From Babesia bigemina (Eukaryota): DNA of 64,000 bases. The stretch is taken from positions 2,356,001 through 2,420,000 of the forward strand of contig NC_027217.1 of the NCBI RefSeq assembly GCF_000981445.1. The letters run 5' to 3'. Shown in pieces: positions 11,901-23,703 of the stretch (within the stretch, counting starts at the first letter, position 1; each line of letters starts with the position of its first letter). Below the pieces are notes generated by a model that saw nothing but the letters and a program-made list of their open reading frames with translations, was not told where the DNA came from and searched no databases. Both the position numbers and the translations under genes were made by a program.

Positions 11901-13097
11901 TCAGTCGATGAGTGGAGTGAACTGCTCTGGATGGGAGACCAGCTCGTCGAGACATGTGCACTTGTTAAGCACAAAGGTTACTGCCACCCAGTAGCAGTAG
12001 ATGTTGAACAGGAGCGCCATTGTTGTAAGCCCTGCAGCCGCCATTTTGAGGGGTCGTTTTTGAATTTTGTAGATGGCGACAACCTCCGAGATGCCTTCTG
12101 GTGTGAGATCGTGTGTTTCCGGCGGCAGTTCCTCTTTTGAAACCTCTTCCGCCTCACCCTCAGTCTCTCCCAGGTGTGGCACAAGCGGCAAACGATCGTA
12201 GAATGATTCCATCTTGGCGTCTTCGGCGTTTGGCTCTTTCGCGGGTTCTACCGAATCGGCGACTTCTGCTTGCGCAGGTAAACTATCAGCGGTGACTTCA
12301 TTTTCCTTAGTAGGTGCTGCCAGCGCTTTAGGTACGTGAACATTGGCATTATCTCTCCCACGTTTGGGCGCAGTAGTCGTTGTCGCGTTTCTGTTGGCTT
12401 CAAGATCACGCAGGTCTGAGTCAACAGTTGCCCCTTCTGCATTATTAGTCGCAACTGCAGCTGGAGTTGCTACATCACTGCGCCCACTCTCATCCACAAC
12501 GTGTTGACGTTGTTGCTTTGCAGGCGAAATCTCCTGTTGTCTGTCTAAGTCAGGCGAACGCAGAGGCGCAATGTCGACGTCGGTGGGCAGTGCATTGTGT
12601 CCATCGTTCCTGAGCTTGGAGTCATCATCGGGATTTATTTCTAGGTCATCGTCTCCTTGTGTTGAAAAATCATCTTCACCCAAATCTAACGGCATATCAC
12701 GTTGCCTGAGGAATACGTGCGGCTTCATTCCTCCCGCTCTGAGGAAAGCTGCAGACCTCAAGGCTCCGAAGTCGGACACATCTCTTATTTGCGGCGCCTT
12801 CGGCAGCAAATGGACGAGTTCAGCCATGTCCAGCACGGTAAGAAAGACGAGCGTCAGTGATATGAAGTAGAATACCAGATAGACGCACTCTATGACCATG
12901 CTCCTTTTGAGTGCTCCTAGGAAGCCGAGTACGGCCGAGATCGCATTGACGCCGAACAGGAGCCACGCAAGCTTGGTAAGGCTGGGGTGCAGGTAGTGTA
13001 TGACGCTGTACAACGACACTCCCAGCAGGAATTGTTGAATTGCGATGAAGAAGAGTCCCTGAATGGAGTTTAGCCAGCGTTTTCGCGGCATGTGCAT
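11901..13097 (-). CDS. Four-TM tetraspanin-like membrane protein with a large acidic loop
   Basis: Three N-terminal hydrophobic helices (TM2 ends VLGFLGALKRS), a ~260-aa hydrophilic loop, one C-terminal helix and a short tail. Confidence 0.7.
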   Translation of the reverse strand: MHMPRKRWLNSIQGLFFIAIQQFLLGVSLYSVIHYLHPSLTKLAWLLFGVNAISAVLGFLGALKRSMVIECVYLVFYFISLTLVFLTVLDMAELVHLLPKAPQIRDVSDFGALRSAAFLRAGGMKPHVFLRQRDMPLDLGEDDFSTQGDDDLEINPDDDSKLRNDGHNALPTDVDIAPLRSPDLDRQQEISPAKQQRQHVVDESGRSDVATPAAVATNNAEGATVDSDLRDLEANRNATTTTAPKRGRDNANVHVPKALAAPTKENEVTADSLPAQAEVADSVEPAKEPNAEDAKMESFYDRLPLVPHLGETEGEAEEVSKEELPPETHDLTPEGISEVVAIYKIQKRPLKMAAAGLTTMALLFNIYCYWVAVTFVLNKCTCLDELVSHPEQFTPLID

Positions 13098-14172
13098 GTC
13101 CAAGAACCGTTAAAGATAGACACAAAATGCACTATTTACACTCGCAAAGTAGCACAACACCCAGCGAAACGCGACTAAGCGACAAATACATTGAAACGAG
13201 TGAACACCGTACACGTCGGCATGTAACGTCACCCTCTTCGTGGACGACTTTTAACTTGCTAGTCCATACAAAAAACAGCACAAACGAACATGCCTTCATC
13301 TCACAACGCGTATACGGCGAATCTTTCACCGATAGTCGCAAAGACAGGTGGTCGTAAATTTGACCAAACTGGCACTTTCGTTGCGTTCACGGATGTACAC
13401 ACACAAATGTGTGAAAAGCTCACACATCGGTTCATCGGCTTGCAATACGTATAAACACTACCTACATTGCGTATGCTCAGCGTGCCCATAAAATTCTTCG
13501 CCTTGAGGTTGTTGGCGATGTTGATTCCAACGTCGACCATCGTGTCTACTGAAGCCAGAGTCCGAAAACTTGGCGTTCCACAAGTGCTTGCCAATTAACA
13601 ATACACGCCCCTTCACATACAGCCTCTGTTACAACTATAATCCAACGTATTGTACAAATGTGTGGGCCTTTATTGGATACACACTGGGCTCGGATGTCGT
13701 TTTACCACGCGTAATGGGCATGTGTGTGGGGACTGCGTTGTCACGCTTCCGTTCAAAACACGCGTATTAGTACCCTCCTCTGACTCCTATTTCGCTGCAT
13801 AAGCGCCTCTGGCCGTATGTGTGTCGCCAAAGTGTGCATTCTATCGCGTCTATGCCGCGATGTCGTTAACGGAGCCGTGAGATCCCCTGCAGCCATACGC
13901 CAGCATATTCACCTCCTCGCATTTAAAACAGCACGAACACAACTTCCAAAATAACCACAACAGCCTTTGTGGTTTACCAAGCCGCCAAACGGATCATTCC
14001 CGTAAAGCGGTCTGCGCACTTGCCCCTCGGTGTCGTTGTACGGCGCCACCGTCGAAGCAGTCGTTATTCGTTGGGGTATTTCTACTCATTTTAATGGTAA
14101 CACGTATACTGTTTAGTTCTGCGCTGTAATATCAAAACCCGGTACGCCCAGGCAGATCGGTTGACCTATGAG

Positions 14173-15324
14173 ATGTATACGCGACTCATAACGGGTGTAT
14201 TTGGACTCTGCTTCATTCGCCACACACCGCTACTCCACATTTCACAGCTCATCCTCTTTTCCCGCGCCTTCACGACTTCGTGCGGAACGAGACACGCGAC
14301 CCTTGTTGGCAAAGTCAACCGTCGTGCCTTCAGCTCCGGCAACATGTTCAACGACATCCTCAAGGTTAGTCAGCACCTTTTTGGCGAGTATAATCCGTAT
14401 GCTACCGTAATTGCTGTTATGGCTTCCATTGTCGCCACTTCTTCGTCGTCGCTACATACGTGCCGCCCATATTGCTCACCCGTTTGTAGAAACCTTGCGC
14501 CGAAGTGGTTCCCGTCCCAGTCTTTTCGGACAACTACGCCTATCTGCTGGTCGAGCACGGGACGACGAATGCGTTCTGCGTGGATCCCGCGGAGCCGCGT
14601 ACCGTGCTGCAGGCCGCCGGCGAGCGGCAATTGACGCTGACTGCCGCGCTGTGCACGCACAAGCATTATGACCACAGCGGCGGCAACACCGAAATACAGC
14701 GTTTGGTACCTGGCATAACCGTGTACGGGTCGTCTTACGAGGCGGTGCCCGGCGTGACGCACGGCCTGATGGACGGTGAGGTGATCCGCCTTGGCTCGCT
14801 TGAGGTGAAGGGTGTCCGTGCCGCCTGCCACACCGTAGGCCACATGATGTATTACGTCTCCAACCCTTCCGACCCCTCCACTCAGCCGATCATGTTCACT
14901 GGCGACACGGTGTTCATTGCCGGGTGCGGCCGTTTCTTCGAGGGCTCCGCTGCGAACATGCTAGACATCATGAACAAGCTGCGCGCATACCCCAAGGAGA
15001 CCTTGATCTACTGCGGCCACGAGTACACGGTGAAGAACTTGCAATTCGCCAAGACTGTGGATCCATCCGCTGCCGTGCTGCGGAAGTTGGAGTGGGCTGA
15101 ACGCGTCAGGGCCCAGGGTATGCCCACCGTGCCGTCAACGTTAGGCGAGGTAAGTGGCCATGGCCACACGTTGGTTGCGATACCACCTTAGCAACGTGCT
15201 TATTTCGCTGCAGGAACTGGAATACAACCCATTCATGCGTTCGTCTGAACTGATGGGCACCGTCGGCGAGTCGACGGAGGAGGGCGCCATGCGCAAATTG
15301 CGCAGCATGAAGGACCGCTTCTAA
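14173..15324 (+). CDS. GLO2: Hydroxyacylglutathione hydrolase (glyoxalase II), introns 14365-14489 and 15150-15213
   Basis: DNYAYLL, THKHYDHSGGN, CHTVGH, FTGDTVFIAGCGRFFEG, YCGHEYTVKNLQFA and TVPSTLGEELEYNPFMR. The start could be 14173 or 14344. Confidence 0.93.
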
Positions 15325-15821
15325 CATCAGAGCATCAAATTGCTCCTGTATTTGCCAGTCACCACTTTGACGCAGTGCACACAAGCGTGTCGTCCCACGC
15401 ATATGCGACGTACGATCGCCCGGTGCCGCCAGCGCACTGTAAGGGCATTAACTAGACACGGGAACATGAATTTAGGTAACGACGCATCCCAACACGCTGA
15501 TCACTACACGTTTTGAGACTTCAGTGCCTGATAGCTTGAAGCCAAGTTCGTTTCATATGTAAACCGAGGTCCACCAGAGTGCAACGCCCAGAGCGAACGG
15601 CCTCACAGCAAAACGGCGCTTCCCAGCTGGCGGACCAACACGTAAACAGCACAGCACAGCCCACACACACCGCTACAGCAAAACCAACAACCCGCCAGGA
15701 CCGGCGGTACCCGCCCGGCTGAGGCAGCTTCTGGGCTGCTCGCTGGAATCACGGCGGCCACCCCGTCGGGCGGCTCCAATCGGACGAATTCACGTATGGG
15801 TTAAGGACGATTACGCGCAGT

Positions 15822-16061
15822 TCACTTCTTCTTGGCGGCAACGACCAACTTTTTGATGTGGCCCGGGATCGAGGCCTCGATTTTGTTGGCCTTGGCCTGG
15901 TTGGGCACGGAGAGGGTGTAGAGGTACTTGGAGCAGCGCACCTTGAACTTGGTGAGCTGGACTCCGCCCTTGCGCGTCTTCCTGTATACGGTGACGGAGG
16001 TGGCGTCGGGGCGCTTGAGTACGGCGAGGTAGTCCCTGAGGTCTTTGAGGGCGCGCGGCAT
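15822..16061 (-). CDS. RPL38: 60S ribosomal protein L38 (eL38)
   Basis: [25 protein letters not shown] signature, 79 aa. Confidence 0.95.
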   Translation of the reverse strand: MPRALKDLRDYLAVLKRPDATSVTVYRKTRKGGVQLTKFKVRCSKYLYTLSVPNQAKANKIEASIPGHIKKLVVAAKKK

Positions 16062-16265
16062 CTTGTCGGTCTGCGGCGCGTGAAGGGGCAGGCAGCGTGG
16101 CTCAAGCTCACCTATGATTAGTTTATTTCCGATGGTGATACTAATCGCGGTTGCGAATGATGTGAGCGGGCCAAAAACCAGGGCTTTGGCCCGTTGGCCG
16201 GCACAACCCCACCAGCTCACGACAGCTAAAGGATGAACTTTTATTGTTTAAATGGCATGTTTACA

Positions 16266-16351
16266 GAGTGCTCAGAACTCAAAACTCCTCATCGGCAATT
16301 TCCTTGGATGAAACTGCGAATGGTTTGTGAAATGGTTTCATCACGGCACTC
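16266..16351 (-). ncRNA. Box C/D snoRNA, U14-like
   Basis: On the minus strand: terminal stem GAGTGC/GCACTC, box C GTGATGA (16344-16338), box D CTGA (16275-16272), and CCATTCGCAGTTTCA (16323-16309) antisense to the conserved 18S 5' sequence TGAAACTGCGAATGG. Confidence 0.8.
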
Positions 16352-16488
16352 GGCGAACTAAGGGAGCGCCTTCTCCGATAGCCAGCAGCCTACGGCCGCT
16401 ACCTCACTTTTAGTACACGGAACATAACACCTGCGGATGCACGGTACACCTTTGGCGCGTCCGGACAGCAGTGATTTGTCTTGCACAT

Positions 16489-17430
16489 TCAGTCGAACAA
16501 GGAGAATCCCATATCGTCCTCTTCCTCTTCCTCCTCGGCTGCGGGCGCAGCTGCGGCCTCCTGGGTGGCGGCAGCAGCAGCCACAGGGGCTGCAGCAACG
16601 GCGGCGAATAGCTCCGGGTTGTCCAACCTGTCCTTGATGCCCTGCATCTCCTTGAAGCAGATGTCCGTCTCGAGGGCCAACGACACACAGTTCTTGAAGG
16701 CGCCGAGCAACGAGTGGTTGATGGACATGGCGGTGGGGAAACCGAGGGCCAGTGACATGGCGTTCACGTTGCTGACACCGGCCTTGACCACCTCGAGGAT
16801 GTCTTCCTCCGTGATGTCGAGGGCCTTGGCCTCAACCAAGTGTCCGTTGTCGTAGAACTTTTCGATCTTGAGACCGTACGAGAAGGGCTTCATGTTAAGC
16901 TTCTGAAGAAGCGTGGCACTGGAGGCCGTGACCCTGTCGTTTTCCTTGATGAGGTGGACGTCATTTTGAATTTCGATCTGACCCTTGACGATCTTGGTGG
17001 AGATACCCAAGGCCTGGAAGAAGGAGGTCTGCGAGGGGTCCATACCAGTGGAACCAGCCGAGATGAAAACGTCACAGGGAGCGATAACACCCTGCCTGGC
17101 GGGGGCTGGGACCCTGTTTTCCAGAATGATCTTCCTGATCTCGAGGGGGTCGGTCATACAGAAGACGAAACCGACGTTCAACTTGATGCATGACAGCAGC
17201 TTAGCCATGTCCTCAGAGTCCGGGAAGCTGGTGTTGAGCACCATGCGAATCATGGTGTTCTTTCCCATAAGAATTTCCGCCTTGCCACGGAGTGAGTGGC
17301 GCACGTTGGCCATCTGCCTGGATCCCACATGATCGACACTGACGATAAGTATCTGTGGGTAGGTCTTGACCAGGTGCGTCAGGCGCTCGAAGTAGGCCTT
17401 CTTTTTCTCCTGCTTGCTCATGCCAGCCAT
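16489..17430 (-). CDS. RPLP0: 60S acidic ribosomal protein P0 (uL10)
   Basis: MGKNTMIR, PARQGVIAPCDV, TGMDPSQTSFFQALGISTKI and a C-terminal EEEEDDMGFSLFD. Confidence 0.97.
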   Translation of the reverse strand: MAGMSKQEKKKAYFERLTHLVKTYPQILIVSVDHVGSRQMANVRHSLRGKAEILMGKNTMIRMVLNTSFPDSEDMAKLLSCIKLNVGFVFCMTDPLEIRKIILENRVPAPARQGVIAPCDVFISAGSTGMDPSQTSFFQALGISTKIVKGQIEIQNDVHLIKENDRVTASSATLLQKLNMKPFSYGLKIEKFYDNGHLVEAKALDITEEDILEVVKAGVSNVNAMSLALGFPTAMSINHSLLGAFKNCVSLALETDICFKEMQGIKDRLDNPELFAAVAAAPVAAAAATQEAAAAPAAEEEEEEDDMGFSLFD

Positions 17431-18632
17431 CCTGCCTGTCGCACTATTAGTGTGGTCGCCGGAATACGGTACGCAAACACGCAGCCCAAGGGAACAGCGA
17501 GCAACGCAACGAATATTTTGAGTAACAAAAATTGCGGAAAGCACCAAACTCGTACGAAACCAGTACACAGGGGCCTTGCGGCCGGAACCACGCCCAGAAG
17601 GCCTAGGACCCAACAAAGTCCAGCCGCCCTCAGGCACACCTAACACGAGGCACAATTAACCACACATGGATACACAAATGCTAGCGGCCCAATTTGAGCG
17701 CCGCGGCCGGTACGGTGGTCCCGCCGAGTCCGTGTTCCACGACGTGAACGTGCCCGTGGCCACATAACCAAGCTGCCTTCGCTAGCGGGACCTACCACTG
17801 TTTATCCTTGACCGATAGAGCTAGCCTGACGCTAGTAATTATGTATACGAAATGGACTGTGGTTGAGCAGCTCCGTCAAAGGTGGGCGGCATCGGCCTTG
17901 ATGGGGCGGAGGTTCCGCGTCGGCCATGGCTCATCAGAGGGTGAGCGCTGCAGAGCCCATTAGACCCGAATCTTCGCCGTCGCAACAAAACAGCCAAATA
18001 TACTACGAGCTATTGCCACAATATTTTTTTGTTTACACATCGACGTTTCCGCTGCGTGAGACGTGCTCCTGGCGTCGCCGGTTCGCGCTGTTGTGTGCTT
18101 GCCATGGTAAACCTCGGCTACCGAGCTTACTCGTTGTAGCAGGTTACACATACAGTTGCCTAGCACCGGATTCCCATATATGCGCGCGATACGCGTCGCG
18201 TCGCAGAGATAGCGTCAAACTGTCTTGGCGCGTACCATCCGGCCGTCGTCGCCCTAATATCCCCGCTCAGCAGTTGTGCAGCGCTTTTAGTAGCGGATGA
18301 ACTTTGTGCCGTTATTGTTGATGTCTTAATAAAATTGCAAACTGCACGACTCGTTACAGCATGACCAATAACGCACGCGTTCTACCGAACGAAACTGAGC
18401 CACGATTATGCCACTAGTATCATAAGAACGATTTAAAGCCACGCCATGGTCGTTATTTTGCGACCACATGCGCAATAGTTCGCAGCACGGCTACGGAATC
18501 GTTGGCAGGGGCGGTTCCACTGTCGTGCCGTGAGATGGCATTTTAACTCCAATGTGTTGATGTGCTGAGCAACATTACGCATTATAGTTCAATGTAGATT
18601 AGGAAATTAAGCTCCAGCATTAGACTGCGCAA

Positions 18633-21600
18633 ATGGAGGACAGCAGTGCTACTATGTCTACAGAAGAAAAGTACAAGGAGCTTAAGCGGAAGTATGGTAG
18701 GTCGCTGCGCCTTTTGACAATTTTTACTGCATAGTGCAATGCGATAAGGTCCGATGTGTGCGTGAACTGATGTTTGAAAGCTTCAGCAGTTCTGCATTTC
18801 CGTAGCACATCTCGGACAGTACACATTGAATGGTTAAGGACTCCGGTTCTTTTGTATTATGTGCAAATGCCTCCATACATCGTATTTGGTGCAATGTGGC
18901 ACGTTTTGCACGAATCATGAATGATTTGCTGTTTTCTTCATGAGATGGCAACGGGCCCGGGTAACTGCTATGTATGATATTTGCCGCAACACCGCTTTAT
19001 TCAACGCGCAGTCACGCTTAAGGACGCCGTGAAGCAGTTGCACGATGACTACGAACGCGTGAAGGAGGAGTTGGTTGCGAAGACGGACGCATGCGAATGT
19101 TTGGAGGAGCAGAACCAGAACCTCAAGAAGGCGTACGACGAGCTGACAGATGAGGTGAGCAACATAAAGTCGCGCGAGCCGGCCAAATCGGCGCCTTTTA
19201 AGTGGGAAAATGCGCTGACCCTAATAAAAAAGGGCGCCCAAGCCGCGTCCAACGGCTCATCCGAGGATGTGTCGCTGCTGCACAGCGAGATCGGCTCGCT
19301 CAAGACGCAGCTCGAGGCCGCCGCTCACGAGAAAGGTGAGTTAAGGCATTGATGCCTATCACAATCTTGCTGCAGAAGAGCTTCTGAAGGAGCAGAATGC
19401 GTTGCGCACGGAAAAGGACAGCCAGAGCTTCGAATACAGCGCCGCCGTGGCCAAACTTAAAGAGCGCATATTCGCGTTGGAGGGCATCCTCAAGGAACTC
19501 CAGGAGTCGCTCACGACCAGCGAGTCCAAGTCGTCCAACTACGCCACCGAGATAGCTGAACTTAAGTCCACCGTCGCTTCGCGCAACAGCAAGCTGGAGA
19601 AGTTGGAGGATACTCTGGGCAGCGAGCGTAAATTTCTGCACCGCTACGTAAACCTGCTGGAGAGCCGGTTGCGATCCAAGGTGACCTACGACATACGTCG
19701 TTTGCCGCTGGTAAACACGTTCAACATCTACCACCACCAGCATCTGCACAACTGGAGCCTTGTGCGCCACGCCGTGGACGACATGTCGGTCAGCCTACTT
19801 CTCTCTTTGAAGGGCCTTTTTGGCGCATGGAAGTCTGCAATGCGCTTCATTCGCGGTTCCGATGTGGTCACTGAGAGTGTGCTTCAACGATCGCCTCCGC
19901 GTGGCGCCGTGGACACCGTGAACGCCGCGAAGTCATCTGCATCACAGTCACCTAACCCTTCTTTGCCAAATCCAGGCCATTCAGGTGACGGTGAGGCGGT
20001 GAATTCTAGTGCCGAAGTCGCGGGGGAATCGCCAGAGGCTGTTGAATTGGAAGCGACGGATAATATCGCTAGTGTTGATCAGCCTAGTTCATCAAATGAA
20101 GGGCATCTACCTGCCACCGATGGTTTGTTCCCGTTCGCTTTGCACGACGGAGACAACAACAAACATATTTGGCTGGCCATGGAGTCGTATCGCCAGATGT
20201 CAGTGGCAACTATTTCAGATCTCGTTTTGAGCATTGACCGGCTACTCGAGGGCGAGCACCTTCCAGCCGCAGCTTTTAGGAGGTCCGTCCGGCTTGTAAG
20301 AACCCTGTCACGGAACCTGCGGCTTTACTTGTGCCTGGAGGAATACCTATCTCCTTACGAAGACGTCGAGGCTGTTGTTATGGGCCCGCGGCGTGTGAGG
20401 CAAGGCACAGTTGTTTTCATTCGTTGCCTCCGTGAGCTGTGCAACGCTGTTTCCAGGCTGTTCACGATTTACGGATGCGCCCTGTCTCGTGTTGACGAGA
20501 TTTCGAAGGAGGAGTTGTCGGAATTGGCCAATATCCTGTCTGCGGAGGTTGGGGAACCTGCATCTTCCGACTTGGCCAGGGCGAGGGCCCCCTCCGATGC
20601 AATTGGCGCCACTACACGCAACCTGGATTCCGATGCCGCCCACAGCTTACACAATGACACCGGAATTGCCGATGACAATGTTTTGGAACCGGGATCTGAC
20701 GACGCATCGATTTTGGGTGGCGTGAACTCCTCTGAACGTCTTCGCTCGCTGACCGATGAACTGTCATCAAGTCGGCCTTTACGTTCGTTGGAACGCCGCG
20801 TATTTTCGGGTCTGAAAGACGTGGTTGGCATAGTGTCTCTTTTCAAGTCGGTTATGTCGCACCGCTTGTGCTACCCCAAAATGTTGGACGGGTTCTTCTT
20901 TCCACTCAGCGGCGGCTCGCCTGAGATGATCGACCTGGGATCTGCCATTGCGGACTTCGAGACGCACATAGCCCGCGTCACTGAGCACATAGTCTCGCTT
21001 CGTTTGCATGGCGCGCTGCAAATGAGACGTAATAGCGTCTGCTGTCCCCGGGCGGAGCTCACGTCGGCCCTTACGTCGGAGGCCATCACGGGGAAATCGT
21101 CCACCACGTCAAAGCACGTTGTGCCTCTATTTGTGGGCGCCGTTAACGCCCAGCTGCTGTCCTCGCCTAACCGTGTCTGCATATCAACGGTATCCGACCG
21201 TATCAGGATGGCCGAAGAGGAGCGTCGTGAGATGAGCACGTGCAACGAACGCCTGAGTGCGATGAACGAGGAGCTGATGGCTGCGCGGGCTCGTTGCGAC
21301 GCGTTGGAATCCCGATTAGCCGAGTCGTACGGGTTATCGCTTAAGGAGGAGCGCTTGGTCTCCGAGTTCGAAAGGCTGTTCTCCAGGTACCACTACCATG
21401 ATAAGCAGCTGTCCATGGGCGGCTTTGCCGCGCACAGCCATCACAGCGACCTGTTAACTGAGTTGCACGCGCTGCGCGAAGACAGTGGCCAGAAGATGAA
21501 GAAGCTGGCGGTGTACGTGCGCCACCTGGTGAAGTCAGTCGAGCAGCTGGAAGACTCTAACCGCCAGCTCCGCCGTGCTTTGAGCCTTCATGCTGAACAG

Positions 21601-21890
21601 TATGCGGAGTCCAAGGCTGCCGCTGAATCGGTCCACCTGAACTACAACGAGCAGATCGCTTTGATGAGCGAGCATATAAGCGAGCTGAACAACAGCATAG
21701 TGCAGGCGGAGTACCGTGTATCGGAGCTATCTGGTGCGATGATTACATGCCCAGCGTGCCGCTCAAAGTGCTCTTTAGGTGCGTTGTTACATTTAGAAGC
21801 TTTATTTGCTTTTCAGGTGACGTGGTCAGCAACAACCACCGGGGAGGGTGCGTGTCCTGCTCGCACCGCCTAGTAGAAAGACCGGCGTAA
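18633..21890 (+). CDS. Coiled-coil protein, PPP1R21-like, with a C-terminal CxxC..CxxC finger (introns 18697-19011, 19336-19375, 21779-21816)
   Basis: Spliced N-terminus EEKYKELKRKYVTLKDAVKQ, near-C-terminal NYNEQIALMSEHISELN, and spliced end CPACRSKCSLGDVVSNNHRGGCVSCSHRL. Confidence 0.6.
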
Positions 21891-22296
21891 ATGCTGGCCT
21901 TACCGGTAAAAACGTGAAACATGGTCATATGCCCCATTTAACGCACATTATAACGTCTACAGTTGTATTTTGCTCCACAATATGCGCCCCCGCCGTTACT
22001 AAGATGCCTTGCCGTGCACGCACTGCGGTCCCCGTGTAATGGCAGCTGACAGTGATACCGACTTGGTCTTTAACTTACTTCTGACAGCGATTGACGCCGT
22101 AATACCAACAAGTAACCCGAGAGAACGGAGCACAGTGTAGCTGATTTGTGCCACCTTCCATACGGGAATTTTCGTTCGATGTATATGCTGCTGCCACCAA
22201 TACGTGCCACACCGCAGGTGTGTTGGTTGCCCAGAAATTTTCAGTTTAGGTGCTCAGACCAAGATTTATACAAACACAACGACATTACCCGCTGAG

Positions 22297-22832
22297 ATGG
22301 TAATCTAGGTTGCTCTTAACGATGCAGAAGCCCCGGTTTGACCTGTCAGATCTTTCTATCCCGAGCTCGCTGAAGAAGTGCAAAGAGTTCCTGCCACAGC
22401 TGCTGGAATCCAACGCCACGCTGGCTCGCAAGATATCAGAAGGTGATTCTAGTCACGTTCTCGATGCCGAGATGCACGTCTACCGTGGGAGTCACAGCCC
22501 TGACCACGTCACCGACGAACAGGAGGAAGGCAAAATAGTCCTAGGTGAGTTATGATCATTTATTCCGTATCTACACCTTGTTGTTGACCGCTTTATTACA
22601 CATCGTTGTACACTTAAGCTCATTTGCGCTTAGACGTGGGCGTCGGCGTTTTCGACGTGAACAGTATGCAAACTGACGATGAAAGCCTCAAGGCTTCCGG
22701 AGTGACCACCGTTACCCTGGATCCGCGCAGCGAGGTAGGCGCATCGAAATGAAAGGCTTATAAATGCCACAGGTGTTTAGAACGGATGAACCGTTGATTA
22801 CGGAGGTGGAACGACCCGGAAACAGCGGTTAG
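22297..22832 (+). CDS. DUF4598 / NOPCHAP1 (C12orf45)-like protein, multi-exon
   Basis: LKKCKEFLPQLLESNATL..IVLDVGVGVFDV..PLITEV pattern after splicing. The start may be 22297 or 22322. Confidence 0.6.
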
Positions 22833-23268
22833 TGAGAAGCTCCTAGCAAAGCTGTTATTGCGCGACTATTCATCGGAAAACACATCGGCTATACAAAATT
22901 TATAAGCCTGAAGTCCACACGTACAGTTCCGCCCGCTCCGTTTTTCTGTCTCGTGCTACATCGTCAAGCGCCTCCACGCCAAGGCCGTGCTACCACGGAT
23001 TCGCACGATGGTCTGGAGCAACTTCCATGTAGGATACACGAGCTTGTAGCGCATGATAAATATTGAGTCTACCTAGGTTCACGGTGTGTAGCACCTGAAT
23101 TGTTTGGCACGCTGCTCGTCAACATACACACTTGCATGGTGCATATCCCTCGCACGTTCCGGGGATTTCACGGTTCACTGTTTTGCATTTGCAAGCAAAA
23201 TCGGAGGCTTATAAACTCCATCTTATTTGTAATCGCCTGTATCGCTGCAATTTCAGCCGTCGGACAAG

Positions 23269-23703
23269 ATGCAGTGGGAGTCTAGATTCGCGGAGGCGTT
23301 CCTGTGCTCCGACATCCCTAAAATCGGCACCATCCAGGGTCCAGAGTGCGCCAACATTTACCAGTCGCTCGGTTTGTCGTTGACGCGTGATCAGATTAAA
23401 TCCTGCGGGGCTATGAACAAGGAGCAGTTCGTTAAGAAAGGAATGGAGATCGTGTCGGAGCAGTTCGTTAAGAAAGGAATGGAGATCGTGTCGGAGCAGC
23501 CGTCTGGCGGCGACCTGAAGCGCCTGTTCGAGGCCGTGCAGAACTCTCAAACCAAGACCATTGGCACTGCTGAGTTGCAGGAGGTGATGGGACTCATGAA
23601 GAACCGCAGCCCACAGGACCTGACTAGGTTGATTGACCTCTTGGACCCGGAGAAGACCGGCAGGATCACCTACGAGAAGTTTGTCGACGTTTTCTCCAAG
23701 TAA
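23269..23703 (+). CDS. Calmodulin-like myosin essential light chain (ELC)-type protein
   Basis: Degenerate EF-hands: RFAEAF.., DLKRLFEAV, LLDPEKTGRITYEKFV. Confidence 0.7.
   Translation: MQWESRFAEAFLCSDIPKIGTIQGPECANIYQSLGLSLTRDQIKSCGAMNKEQFVKKGMEIVSEQFVKKGMEIVSEQPSGGDLKRLFEAVQNSQTKTIGTAELQEVMGLMKNRSPQDLTRLIDLLDPEKTGRITYEKFVDVFSK
23421..23499 (+). repeat. Perfect 36-bp tandem duplication within the CDS
   Basis: GGAGCAGTTCGTTAAGAAAGGAATGGAGATCGTGTC x2 followed by GGAGCAG. Confidence 0.97.

Noticed and set aside
16300..16310. TTCCTTGGATG on the plus strand, resembling U14 domain B
   Set aside because: It is on the opposite strand from the C/D boxes and domain A, so it cannot act as the guide. 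Treated as coincidence.
17431..17655. 75-aa N-terminal extension of P0 in the ORF track (and the similar extension of RPL38)
   Set aside because: They begin at non-ATG codons in what looks like 5' UTR intron sequence. The conserved proteins start at 17430 and 16061.
23421..23499. 36-bp direct repeats as a possible CRISPR array
   Set aside because: The repeats are adjacent with no spacers, lie in a coding frame, and the genome is eukaryotic.
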